24,000 nt of DNA from Shewanella phage Thanatos-1: the sequence record MT457552.1; one strand, given 5' to 3'. The position numbers were made by a program, and so were the translations under genes. Positions within the stretch are counted from its first letter, which is position 1. Every line of letters starts with the position of its first letter. Below, one piece after another: positions 8,864-16,287 of this stretch. The notes below the pieces were generated by a model. That model did not search any database. It saw nothing but the letters and a program-made list of their open reading frames with translations, and had not been told where the DNA came from.

Positions 8864-9834
8864 TGGCTAAACCTATCAATACTGCTAAAATCTTAGAGCT
8901 TTATGCCCTAAATAAAAATAAAAACCAAATTGCAAAGCAATTAGGCATCTCTTGGGATACTGTCAATAGACATATCCTTAAAGAAAGACAAAATGAAAGA
9001 CTTAAAATCCATGCCACTATTCTAGGTCTTAAATCCGAAAAGCCTAAAGGGCTGGTATTAGGTAATAAGAAAAAGCCTGTTAGTACAGTTCTAGTAATGG
9101 ACACACCAAAGTATAATGGCCCTAAAGTTCACTGGGTTCATTCTACTGTGCCGGGAACACATAAAGGCTATATTACTATGTACTCTGATAAAGTGTATAC
9201 TGTTAACTCAGGACACACTAAGTTCAATGTGATTTTAAAGGCTCTTAAAGATGGTAACCATGCCTTAGCATTAGAACTGGCTTCAGTAGAAAATCATATT
9301 TTACACCAGGTCAAATTCAATAGTGGTCTTATTATTGATGGAGATAAAATTACGTACAAAGGGCGTTTATTACGTGGTGGTGCTGCATCTCGTATTATCG
9401 ATGATATGATGCTAGGTAAGGATTTCTCTAAATGGGCTAGTTTCTTATCAAAATTATTAGAAAACCCTGAAGAGAAAAACATCGTCAGATTATTTGATTT
9501 CTTAGTCCATAAAGATATCGAAATCTGCGATGATGGTGATTTCTACGCTTGGAAATACGTCCGTAAAGACTTTACAGATTGCTTTACTGGTACTATTGAT
9601 AATAGCCCAGGAAAGAGCCCTAGAATGCCTCGTGAAGAAGTATGCAACGATGATAATATTTCATGTGCGCCGGGTCTACACGTGTGTGCATTAAAATACA
9701 TAGAAGGTATTAATAGACATTCGTATAATATTGTCTTAGTTAAAGTACATCCTAAGGATGTAGTTAGCATCCCATTAGATTATAATGTGGATAAAATCCG
9801 TACATGCGGTTATCGTGTAATGGAAAGACGTTAA
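8863..9834 (+). CDS. rIIB: rIIB-like protein
   Basis: 323 aa. N-terminal HTH-like KNKNQIAKQLGISWDTVNRHI. C-terminal RLFDFLVHKDIEICDDGDFYAWKYVRKDFTDCFTGTIDNSPGKSPRMPR ... GLHVCALKYI ... VKVHPKDVVSIPLDYN closely resembles T4 rIIB. TAATG overlap with rIIA. Confidence 0.92.
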   Translation: MAKPINTAKILELYALNKNKNQIAKQLGISWDTVNRHILKERQNERLKIHATILGLKSEKPKGLVLGNKKKPVSTVLVMDTPKYNGPKVHWVHSTVPGTHKGYITMYSDKVYTVNSGHTKFNVILKALKDGNHALALELASVENHILHQVKFNSGLIIDGDKITYKGRLLRGGAASRIIDDMMLGKDFSKWASFLSKLLENPEEKNIVRLFDFLVHKDIEICDDGDFYAWKYVRKDFTDCFTGTIDNSPGKSPRMPREEVCNDDNISCAPGLHVCALKYIEGINRHSYNIVLVKVHPKDVVSIPLDYNVDKIRTCGYRVMERR

Positions 9835-9842
9835 GTGTAATT

Positions 9843-9864
9843 AAGAGGCTTCGGCCTCTTTTTT
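9843..9864 (+). terminator. Rho-independent terminator
   Basis: AAGAGGC-TTCG-GCCTCTTTTTTT, immediately after the rIIB-like gene. Confidence 0.9.
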
Positions 9865-9865
9865 A

Positions 9866-10438
9866 TTGGAGAAGATTATGAAAGAATTTTTAGAAAAATG
9901 TAAAGCTGCAGCTCTAGAGGCTACCGGTAAAATTGACAAAGAAAATATGAGCGATGAAGATTTTTACCAATGCCATATTATTGAATCTTTTAAATTCATG
10001 GAAAGAAATAAAGCTCTGTATTATAAAACCATATTAGATATTTTACTTAGTTTTGACCCTGATGCAGAAAGCAACAAATCTATATCATTTGAAGAATATG
10101 TCTATAATGAGATAGAGAAAAATGCCAGAGAGCTATGGAATATCAACGATGAATATTATTTAGAGGCTAAAGGGTTTATTAGACAAAATAATATAGAATG
10201 GAATCTGGCTTTCAACGTAGAAAAGATATTAATTGGCTTATCTCAATACTGGATAAATTGTAGTGAGCACCCATATTATCCAGTACCAGAATCTACAGAT
10301 AACAAGAGCTTGTTTGATGCAGAAGATGCATATTATTACACTAAAGAAACAGGAAGTTTATGGGAAGGTGAATATGGTGTGCTACATAGACAATTGCTAA
10401 GTATGACCATATCTTTGCTCAAGGATTTAGTAGGTTAA
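9866..10438 (+). CDS. Array member 1 (YPVP/W-x-GEYG family), divergent
   Basis: C-terminus SEHPYYPVPE...GSLWEGEYGVLHRQLLSMTISLLKDL matches the array signature. No GIC block. The start may be slightly downstream, because the GAAGATTATG context surrounds ATG 9877 (MKEFLEKCKAA). Confidence 0.75.
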   Translation: MEKIMKEFLEKCKAAALEATGKIDKENMSDEDFYQCHIIESFKFMERNKALYYKTILDILLSFDPDAESNKSISFEEYVYNEIEKNARELWNINDEYYLEAKGFIRQNNIEWNLAFNVEKILIGLSQYWINCSEHPYYPVPESTDNKSLFDAEDAYYYTKETGSLWEGEYGVLHRQLLSMTISLLKDLVG

Positions 10439-10464
10439 AAGAGGCTTCGGCCTCTTTTTTTTTT
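10437..10464 (+). terminator. Rho-independent terminator
   Basis: AAAAGAGGC-TTCG-GCCTC followed by a T10 run. Confidence 0.9.
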
Positions 10465-10475
10465 CCATAAATCTG

Positions 10476-10503
10476 TTTACAAATCCACCTAGTGTGGTAG
10501 AAT
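10476..10503 (+). promoter_or_regulatory. Putative promoter (GTTTACA, 16 nt, TGG-TAGAAT)
   Basis: TTTACA 10476-10481, TAGAAT 10498-10503, upstream of the 10532 ORF. CTAGT/ACTAG arms flank the -10. Confidence 0.55.
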
Positions 10504-10531
10504 ACTAGTATCAAATGCCTGGAGAATTATC

Positions 10532-11125
10532 ATGAATATTTTAGACATAACTTCATTGCCAAAGTTAAATTTGACCGAAGAACAGAAAGAACTTTTAGCC
10601 GGATATAAAGCATTATGTACTGTTAAAGAAAGGGCTTATGCCAATAAACTTACCTTAGGCATATGTGATGCATTTTCTAAATCGTATAAAAATGCTTATT
10701 TATATGTTTTTGACCAAAATTGTTTACATAAATATGCCCCAGAATTTCAAAGAATTATGGGAGAACTTGCTTTAGAACTAGGAACAGAAAAATCTTATCC
10801 TGTTCCTGCTCCTAAATGGTTTTATGAATCCGCTAAAGTTTACCTAAATGGGGTAGAGATTAAACAAGGTAAAGTAATCAAGAAAAACTCAGTTGTATCT
10901 GTCCATTATATTGATGAAAATGGAGCGAGCGGTCAAATTTTATTAAATTCATTTACAGATACAGTCAATCAAATTATAGAGCATGCTGCTTATAAAGTAT
11001 TACCTAAATGGACTGGTGATTATGGTGCTCTCAGATTGGAATTTTTAGATAAGTTGATTGCTTACTATGTAGAAGAAATAAAGACTAAGGTAATGGATAA
11101 ATATGTCCACCCTACTACCTATTAA
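10532..11125 (+). CDS. Array member 2 (YPVPAPKWFYESAKVY subfamily)
   Basis: LTLGICDAF, SYPVPAPKWFYESAKVY, LPKWTGDYGALRLEFLDKLI. Confidence 0.85.
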   Translation: MNILDITSLPKLNLTEEQKELLAGYKALCTVKERAYANKLTLGICDAFSKSYKNAYLYVFDQNCLHKYAPEFQRIMGELALELGTEKSYPVPAPKWFYESAKVYLNGVEIKQGKVIKKNSVVSVHYIDENGASGQILLNSFTDTVNQIIEHAAYKVLPKWTGDYGALRLEFLDKLIAYYVEEIKTKVMDKYVHPTTY

Positions 11126-11134
11126 GGAAACATT

Positions 11135-11692
11135 ATGCTATTAACATATAAACAAAAAGGCCTTATTGTAAGTTATAAAGCTTTATGTAAGATATTATCT
11201 ACAAATAATGAGGGTACATCTCCAGGTCGTAATTGTGAAACTGGTATTTGTGATAAACATAATTTTCATTTTAATGAAATGTACTTATCTATTTTCCCTG
11301 ATTCTACAGGTTATTTAGAAAACAATTTAGACCTTTTTGTGAAGAAACTTGCTTTAGAGCTAGAAACAGAGCAATCATATCCTGTTCCTGCTCCTAAATG
11401 GTTTTATGAATCTGCTAAAGTATACTATAATAGTAACATTATTTTACCCACAGATAAAATCCCAGAAGGAGATCAAGTTTTTATCGTATATGAAGATAAA
11501 AATGGGTCAATATCAAATAGACAAATTAATACATACAAGGATACTTATAACAATTTATTAGAGCATGCGGCGTATTATATGCTACCTAAATGGACTGGTG
11601 ATTATGGTGCTCTCAGATTGGAATTTTTATCTAAATTGATTGAAATGCATAAAGAAGAACTTTTATCTAATGGCTTAGAAGAATATATTTAA
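11135..11692 (+). CDS. Array member 3 (YPVPAPKWFYESAKVY subfamily)
   Basis: CETGICDKH, SYPVPAPKWFYESAKVYYN, LPKWTGDYGALRLEFLSKLI. Closest sibling of member 2. Confidence 0.85.
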   Translation: MLLTYKQKGLIVSYKALCKILSTNNEGTSPGRNCETGICDKHNFHFNEMYLSIFPDSTGYLENNLDLFVKKLALELETEQSYPVPAPKWFYESAKVYYNSNIILPTDKIPEGDQVFIVYEDKNGSISNRQINTYKDTYNNLLEHAAYYMLPKWTGDYGALRLEFLSKLIEMHKEELLSNGLEEYI

Positions 11693-11701
11693 GGAGTGGA
11701 T

Positions 11702-11992
11702 ATGCCAGAAAATCAAAGCAAAGGCCTTGAACGGAAATTTATCAATTGGGATTATTGGGATGCTCATGAAGTAGGTCATTTAGCATTTTACATTGAGGAC
11801 AAGGGGTCTTGGACAGATTACTCGAAACAGCTCATAGAATCTCAAGGCAAAGATCCAAAAGATTATACAATTTTTGAACTTGATATGAGCAATTCTACTG
11901 CCAGTTTCGTAGCATTTTCTAGTGATACCGACTCAGAACCAAACGAAGTCGCTTCGACATTAACTTTTGATGTAGGATTATCAGTACTATGA
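11702..11992 (+). CDS. Hypothetical small protein, not of the array family
   Basis: ATG 11702 has AAGGAG spaced correctly upstream (track uses GTG 11696). Ends with ATGA overlap to the next ORF. Confidence 0.7.
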   Translation: MPENQSKGLERKFINWDYWDAHEVGHLAFYIEDKGSWTDYSKQLIESQGKDPKDYTIFELDMSNSTASFVAFSSDTDSEPNEVASTLTFDVGLSVL

Positions 11993-12564
11993 TCTCTCTA
12001 GAAAAATCAACAACAGAAGAATTGGTTCTTTACTTAGAAAAATTTAGAGGTGAAGGCCAATGGTATATGTCAAAGAAATTGCCTACTGAACTTGTAGATG
12101 AAATTATCCATAGATTTGCACTAGAAGTAAAGCAAATGAGCAAAGAAGCCCGTGGAAACTATGGTATATGTAGGCTTATCTCAGATAAACATAGTACAAT
12201 CATTGACAAGTTTTTTAATATTAAAAACGGCGGTGGATTCAGAAAAAACTTTATGTCTATTAGTGCTGAAAGAATGTACCGGATATTCGATAAATGGGAA
12301 TATTTTTCATCTTTCTATGATTACCCGGTACCATCCACAAAACATAAACCTGAAGTAGGGTTAAATGAGCCTAAAATCGGCCCGCATAAAGCATTTTCCG
12401 ATTTACATAAATGGGAAGGTGAATACGGTGAGCTCAGAACAGAGCTTTTAGATTTTATTATTTCAAATACGGATAAAAATAATGGACATTGGCTCAGGAA
12501 ATGGTTATCCTTCTTCTTCATTAAGCAATTTTGCGCCACACTCTTTTACTATAGATGGCGTTAA
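11989..12564 (+). CDS. Array member 4
   Basis: NYGICRLISDKH; WEYFSSFYDYPVPST...HKWEGEYGELRTELLDFIISN. The 3' end overlaps the NADAR ORF in another frame. Confidence 0.8.
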   Translation: MISLEKSTTEELVLYLEKFRGEGQWYMSKKLPTELVDEIIHRFALEVKQMSKEARGNYGICRLISDKHSTIIDKFFNIKNGGGFRKNFMSISAERMYRIFDKWEYFSSFYDYPVPSTKHKPEVGLNEPKIGPHKAFSDLHKWEGEYGELRTELLDFIISNTDKNNGHWLRKWLSFFFIKQFCATLFYYRWR

Positions 12565-12931
12565 TTGTGCTTCAATGGAAGGATTTTTACAGTCTTTGAA
12601 ATTTAGTTCAGCTGAAATGGCAGCTCATGTCTGTACATTAGTAGGAAAGCAAGCTAAGTTTAAAGGCAAGAAAAAGAATTGGTGGCGAACCCAGACATTA
12701 TATTGGAAAGGTATTCCTATGCATCGACAGAGTGAAGCCTATACCACTTTAATCGAAAGGGCATATAACCAATTGGCTAAGAACGATGGGTTCGCCAGGG
12801 CCCTTCTAGCTACACGAGACTCTACACTTACTCATTCTATGGGTAAGTCTAAAAAGTCTGAAACTGTATTAACAGAACAAGAATTCTGCTCGAATCTATA
12901 TCGGGTTAGAAAAATGTTACAGGAGAAATAA
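12482..12931 (+). CDS. NADAR-domain (YbiA-like) protein
   Basis: GYPSSSLSNFAPHSFTIDGVNCASMEGFLQSLKF resembles the NADAR N-terminal pattern (LSNF..F..DG...P.vEh..Qa.Kf). C-terminal YRVRKMLQEK. Confidence 0.75.
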   Translation: MDIGSGNGYPSSSLSNFAPHSFTIDGVNCASMEGFLQSLKFSSAEMAAHVCTLVGKQAKFKGKKKNWWRTQTLYWKGIPMHRQSEAYTTLIERAYNQLAKNDGFARALLATRDSTLTHSMGKSKKSETVLTEQEFCSNLYRVRKMLQEK

Positions 12932-13174
12932 ATGTGCTATTGTAATCCATCAATTAGGTCTATTAGATGCAACTCTATTAATTGTGTACCTGCTTCACAG
13001 AAAGAAAGAGAAACTTTGGCTAGAATTGAACAAGATAGATTAAAGGTAGAACGAGCTGATAGGATCAAAACAGTGCAAAGATTCTTATCATTTGTTTGCC
13101 TTGAAACACAAGGAAAGGGCGGAACTTCTGTAGAATTAGAAGCCCTTATGAGAGAGTATTTTGAAGAGGCCTAG
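12932..13174 (+). CDS. Small protein with Cys-rich N-terminus (MCYCNPSIRSIRCNSINC)
   Basis: 80-aa ORF starting directly after the NADAR stop. Its final codons lie in the terminator stem. Confidence 0.65.
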   Translation: MCYCNPSIRSIRCNSINCVPASQKERETLARIEQDRLKVERADRIKTVQRFLSFVCLETQGKGGTSVELEALMREYFEEA

Positions 13175-13195
13175 TGCCTCTTTTTTTTTTTTTTT
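13166..13195 (+). terminator. Rho-independent terminator with T15 tract
   Basis: GAGGC-CTAGT-GCCTC followed by 15 T. Confidence 0.88.
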
Positions 13196-13196
13196 G

Positions 13197-13225
13197 TTTA
13201 CATCTTTAAAGAAATATAGTAGTAT
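13197..13225 (+). promoter_or_regulatory. Putative promoter (GTTTACA, 17 nt, TAGTAT)
   Basis: TTTACA 13197-13202, TAGTAT 13220-13225, between a terminator and the 13255 ORF. Confidence 0.6.
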
Positions 13226-13254
13226 AGCCAAATCAAAAAGTCAGAGGAATAGAA

Positions 13255-13827
13255 ATGCATAACTTTACACCTGTAGAAAAAATTATTATTTTAGCTAAGA
13301 AATTTTACCCTGATTTAGATACCCTCGGGTTTATTACAGGGGTAGAAATTAAAGACTATACCTTGGACACAGTTTTGGATAGTATTCTTCTGGACGGCTT
13401 AAAGACTGCAACTGTTCCTAATGCCCTAGATACTGGTATATGTGGCTTTGTTGATATTTACATCAGTGGGATAAAGACAGAATTATTAGATTTGTGTAAT
13501 TCTAAAGCTATTCACTTGTATCACGACTACGGTGAGATACTCCCATCTATTACTCGTAGCATAAAAATACGGTCAAAAGAACTTTATTCTACTTGGCCTA
13601 AATTCAGTGGGAACTTTTCATACCCTGTGCCATCTCCTAAAGGAGATGTGCATCCTTCAAAAGTTTATTGGAGTGACACCCCTAAATGGACCGGAGAATA
13701 TGGTGATTTAAGGAAGGAGCTTTTAGACCATTCTATCAAATTGCTAGAATCAAATCTTTTCATTAACTACATGATTAACCCCGGCTTACAACAGAATCAT
13801 AATTTGGTAAGATTTCTCAATCGTTAA
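13255..13827 (+). CDS. Array member 5
   Basis: DTGICGFVDIYI; STWPKFSGNFSYPVPSP...PKWTGEYGDLRKELLDHSIKLLES. Confidence 0.85.
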   Translation: MHNFTPVEKIIILAKKFYPDLDTLGFITGVEIKDYTLDTVLDSILLDGLKTATVPNALDTGICGFVDIYISGIKTELLDLCNSKAIHLYHDYGEILPSITRSIKIRSKELYSTWPKFSGNFSYPVPSPKGDVHPSKVYWSDTPKWTGEYGDLRKELLDHSIKLLESNLFINYMINPGLQQNHNLVRFLNR

Positions 13828-13838
13828 AGGAGAATAAA

Positions 13839-14366
13839 ATGCATGATTTAAGCAGAGCAGAAAAAAGTATTATTCTATCTAACAAGTTAAAACCAGACTT
13901 CGACATTAGTAAGTTTAATATCCAAGTAAACACAGATGATATACCTTTGAATACTATATTAGATAGCATAATTTTGGATGCATTAAAATCTATACCTTCT
14001 AATAACACCAAAGCAAAATTAAGTTTGTGTGGGTATGTTTCAGTTTGGATGATAAAGTCCTCACAAGAAGCATTAAACCTATGTGATTCTCTTGACCCTA
14101 GTCTAGCAAGTCGTTATATAGATATTGAACAATTAAGAGATGTATCTGTACGTCTTAGGTCAAGAAAACTTTATTCTACTTGGCCTAAATTTAGTGGGGA
14201 CAGTTTTTATCCTGTACCTTCACCTTTGTGTGGAGTATCTGCTTCTGTAATATACTGGGGAGATGCGCATAAATGGGAAGCTGAGTACGGTAAGTTACGT
14301 AAAGAACTCTTAGAGCATTCTATTAAATTATTAGAATCAACTCTTTTTATCAATTACACAAAATAA
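13839..14366 (+). CDS. Array member 6
   Basis: STWPKFSGDSFYPVPSP...HKWEAEYGKLRKELLEHSIKLLES. Closest sibling of member 5, with AAAGGAGAATAAAATG start context. Confidence 0.85.
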   Translation: MHDLSRAEKSIILSNKLKPDFDISKFNIQVNTDDIPLNTILDSIILDALKSIPSNNTKAKLSLCGYVSVWMIKSSQEALNLCDSLDPSLASRYIDIEQLRDVSVRLRSRKLYSTWPKFSGDSFYPVPSPLCGVSASVIYWGDAHKWEAEYGKLRKELLEHSIKLLESTLFINYTK

Positions 14367-14369
14367 TTG

Positions 14370-14398
14370 TTTACACTATGGTCTTGGCTTGGTATGAT
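14370..14398 (+). promoter_or_regulatory. Putative promoter (TTGTTTACA, 17 nt, TGG-TATGAT)
   Basis: TTTACA 14370-14375, TATGAT 14393-14398. Confidence 0.65.
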
Positions 14399-14428
14399 TA
14401 GCCTAACTTATATTATCTGGAGCTTAAA

Positions 14429-14995
14429 ATGATTAACCCACAAACAAAGTTCAAATTGATTCTTTTAGCAAAGATGAATGACCCTGAATTAGATATCAGT
14501 AATCTTGGTGTACCAGATGAATTGGATGCCGACCTTCCTACTACTTCGTCGGCTTATATTAGCATTCTTTTAGATGGGCTTAATCATATTAAAGACCTTG
14601 ACAAAGCAGGCAAACTCAAAGAACGTGCTATATGTGGGCTGCTTATGGATTTTGTATCTTCAGCTAATAAGGAAGTTTACAGCCTTATTGATTCTTTACC
14701 TAAAGAACTGGGCAGATTCTCGGTGTCTAAAAAATATGGTGAAATTGCAATTCGCACCGGTATAGAAATTTCGTCTTCTCTAAGATACATATTTTCTAAA
14801 TGGCCTAAATTTAGCGGTTCATATTCTTATCCTATCCCTTCTATGGCAGAAGGTGTATGCTCTTCAAGCATATTTTGGAATGACGATATTCCTTTATGGG
14901 CTGGTGTTTATGGTGACTTACGAAGAGAGCTTTTAGATTTTTTAATCAATTGGCTTAATGAAAATAATCAATCTTCATTTGGTAAGGTATACTAA
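14429..14995 (+). CDS. Array member 7
   Basis: ERAICGLLMDFV; SKWPKFSGSYSYPIPSM...PLWAGVYGDLRRELLDFLINWL. Confidence 0.82.
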   Translation: MINPQTKFKLILLAKMNDPELDISNLGVPDELDADLPTTSSAYISILLDGLNHIKDLDKAGKLKERAICGLLMDFVSSANKEVYSLIDSLPKELGRFSVSKKYGEIAIRTGIEISSSLRYIFSKWPKFSGSYSYPIPSMAEGVCSSSIFWNDDIPLWAGVYGDLRRELLDFLINWLNENNQSSFGKVY

Positions 14996-15222
14996 TGGAA
15001 ATCCAAAGTAAAATATCTATAATGGACAAGGTATCAATAGAATCTAAGTCTATTATCTATATGAATGGCCACAGAAAGACAGAAATATCTTTGACTTTTA
15101 TTAATTCTGTACTTAAATCTGCTTACGTTGAATCAGGTGGCTCTAAAACCATGGGCCATCAAGGCCTTATAGATGAATTGCGTAGACTCAAAGCAATTCT
15201 AAACAGTTTTGAATCTTTATAG
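14995..15222 (+). CDS. Small hypothetical protein, not of the array family
   Basis: 75-aa ORF starting at a TAATG overlap with member 7 and ending just before AGGAG of the next unit. Confidence 0.5.
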   Translation: MEIQSKISIMDKVSIESKSIIYMNGHRKTEISLTFINSVLKSAYVESGGSKTMGHQGLIDELRRLKAILNSFESL

Positions 15223-15233
15223 GAGACCATACT

Positions 15234-15692
15234 GTGCTATTAGAACAAACCCGTGAAAATATTATTAATGTCCTATCTAAACTGCTGAATGATAAAAGTT
15301 TAGATAGTAATACTGTGGACCAATACCGTATGTTTGTCTTCTTGTATTTACTAAAAGAAACAAAAGCTTCGTACAATTACCCGGTAAATAGTTGTTATTC
15401 GATTTGCCAAATCTGTCATAACAAGCTACAAGACATTCTAATTAAGAAATTTCAAATTGTTAGTAAAATCAGTGAATTATCGTCAATTATTGATTTACCG
15501 CATCTATCTAAATTGATTTTTGGTAATTGGCCTAAATTTAGTGGAAACGGTCTTTATCCTATTAATTTTGACCAAGACAATAACCCAGAGAAAGAATTTT
15601 ACAATTCTCACAATAAATGGGTAGGTGGCTACGGTAGTTTACGTAAAGAACTTTTAAATTGGTCTATTGAATACCTAGAAGGATTCCTATAA
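15234..15692 (+). CDS. Array member 8 (GTG start)
   Basis: AGGAG 8 nt upstream of GTG 15234. YSICQICHNKL; GNWPKFSGNGLYPINFD...NKWVGGYGSLRKELLNWSIEYLEG. Confidence 0.8.
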   Translation: MLLEQTRENIINVLSKLLNDKSLDSNTVDQYRMFVFLYLLKETKASYNYPVNSCYSICQICHNKLQDILIKKFQIVSKISELSSIIDLPHLSKLIFGNWPKFSGNGLYPINFDQDNNPEKEFYNSHNKWVGGYGSLRKELLNWSIEYLEGFL

Positions 15693-16225
15693 TGGATTTA
15701 TCATACTTAAGCAGATTAGGTCTCAAGGCATTTCCTTTAGCAAAGCAGCCTTTATCTAAACCTATTCAGACATTAGAGCAATTTACTTTAGATATTCTAA
15801 AAGAAATCCGTAAAGACCTTAAAGAGTTTAAGGTGATACCATATGGCGGGGGTATTTGCGTAGCAATAAACAGAATGATAGAGTTTAAAATCTCAGAGTA
15901 TTTAAAAACCACTGAAGATAGTTGGATCACTATTGACATGTATAGCAATTTCCACAATTCCGATAAATTGGAGTTAGAAGACTGTGGTATGCAAACCAAG
16001 GTTATAGGTCTTATAGCTATTCGTGTAGCTGATGTATTCAGAGCTAAAGCGGCCTTATGGCCTAAGCATAGCGGAAGTAAAAATTATCCAGTCCCTTCAC
16101 CTACCCTAGGGTTGAGACACTCGGAAGCTTATCTTACATTAGGTATATGGACCGGTGAATACGGTGAATTAAGAATTCAACTTCTAGATTTTGTTATAGA
16201 GAATCTAGAAAATGAATTACAATAA
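15692..16225 (+). CDS. Array member 9
   Basis: TAATG overlap with member 8. GGGICVAINRM; ALWPKHSGSKNYPVPSP...GIWTGEYGELRIQLLDFVIENLE. Confidence 0.83.
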   Translation: MDLSYLSRLGLKAFPLAKQPLSKPIQTLEQFTLDILKEIRKDLKEFKVIPYGGGICVAINRMIEFKISEYLKTTEDSWITIDMYSNFHNSDKLELEDCGMQTKVIGLIAIRVADVFRAKAALWPKHSGSKNYPVPSPTLGLRHSEAYLTLGIWTGEYGELRIQLLDFVIENLENELQ

Positions 16226-16228
16226 CTG

Positions 16229-16257
16229 TTTACAAAGGGATCTTTAGTTGATAAGAT
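16229..16257 (+). promoter_or_regulatory. Putative promoter (GTTTACA, 17 nt, TAAGAT) overlapped by a perfect inverted repeat
   Basis: TTTACA 16229-16234, TAAGAT 16252-16257. Inverted repeat arms at 16233-16244 and 16253-16264. Confidence 0.6.
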
Positions 16258-16264
16258 CCCTTTG
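16233..16264. repeat. Perfect 12-bp inverted repeat, 8-nt loop
   Basis: CAAAGGGATCTT - tagttgat - AAGATCCCTTTG. Confidence 0.9.
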
Positions 16265-16287
16265 TCATTTATTAATTAGGACATAAA

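Noticed and set aside
12152-12358. 68-aa + frame ORF inside array member 4
   Set aside because: Nested out of frame inside a supported paralog and lacks any family motif.
13181-13195. T15 homopolymer as a phase-variation switch
   Set aside because: It sits directly after a GC stem and between genes, so the terminator explanation is sufficient. Phage reads would be needed to show length variation.
14574-14765. 63-aa alternative + frame ORF inside array member 7
   Set aside because: Nested out of frame within a member with a strong family signature; no separate RBS or motif.
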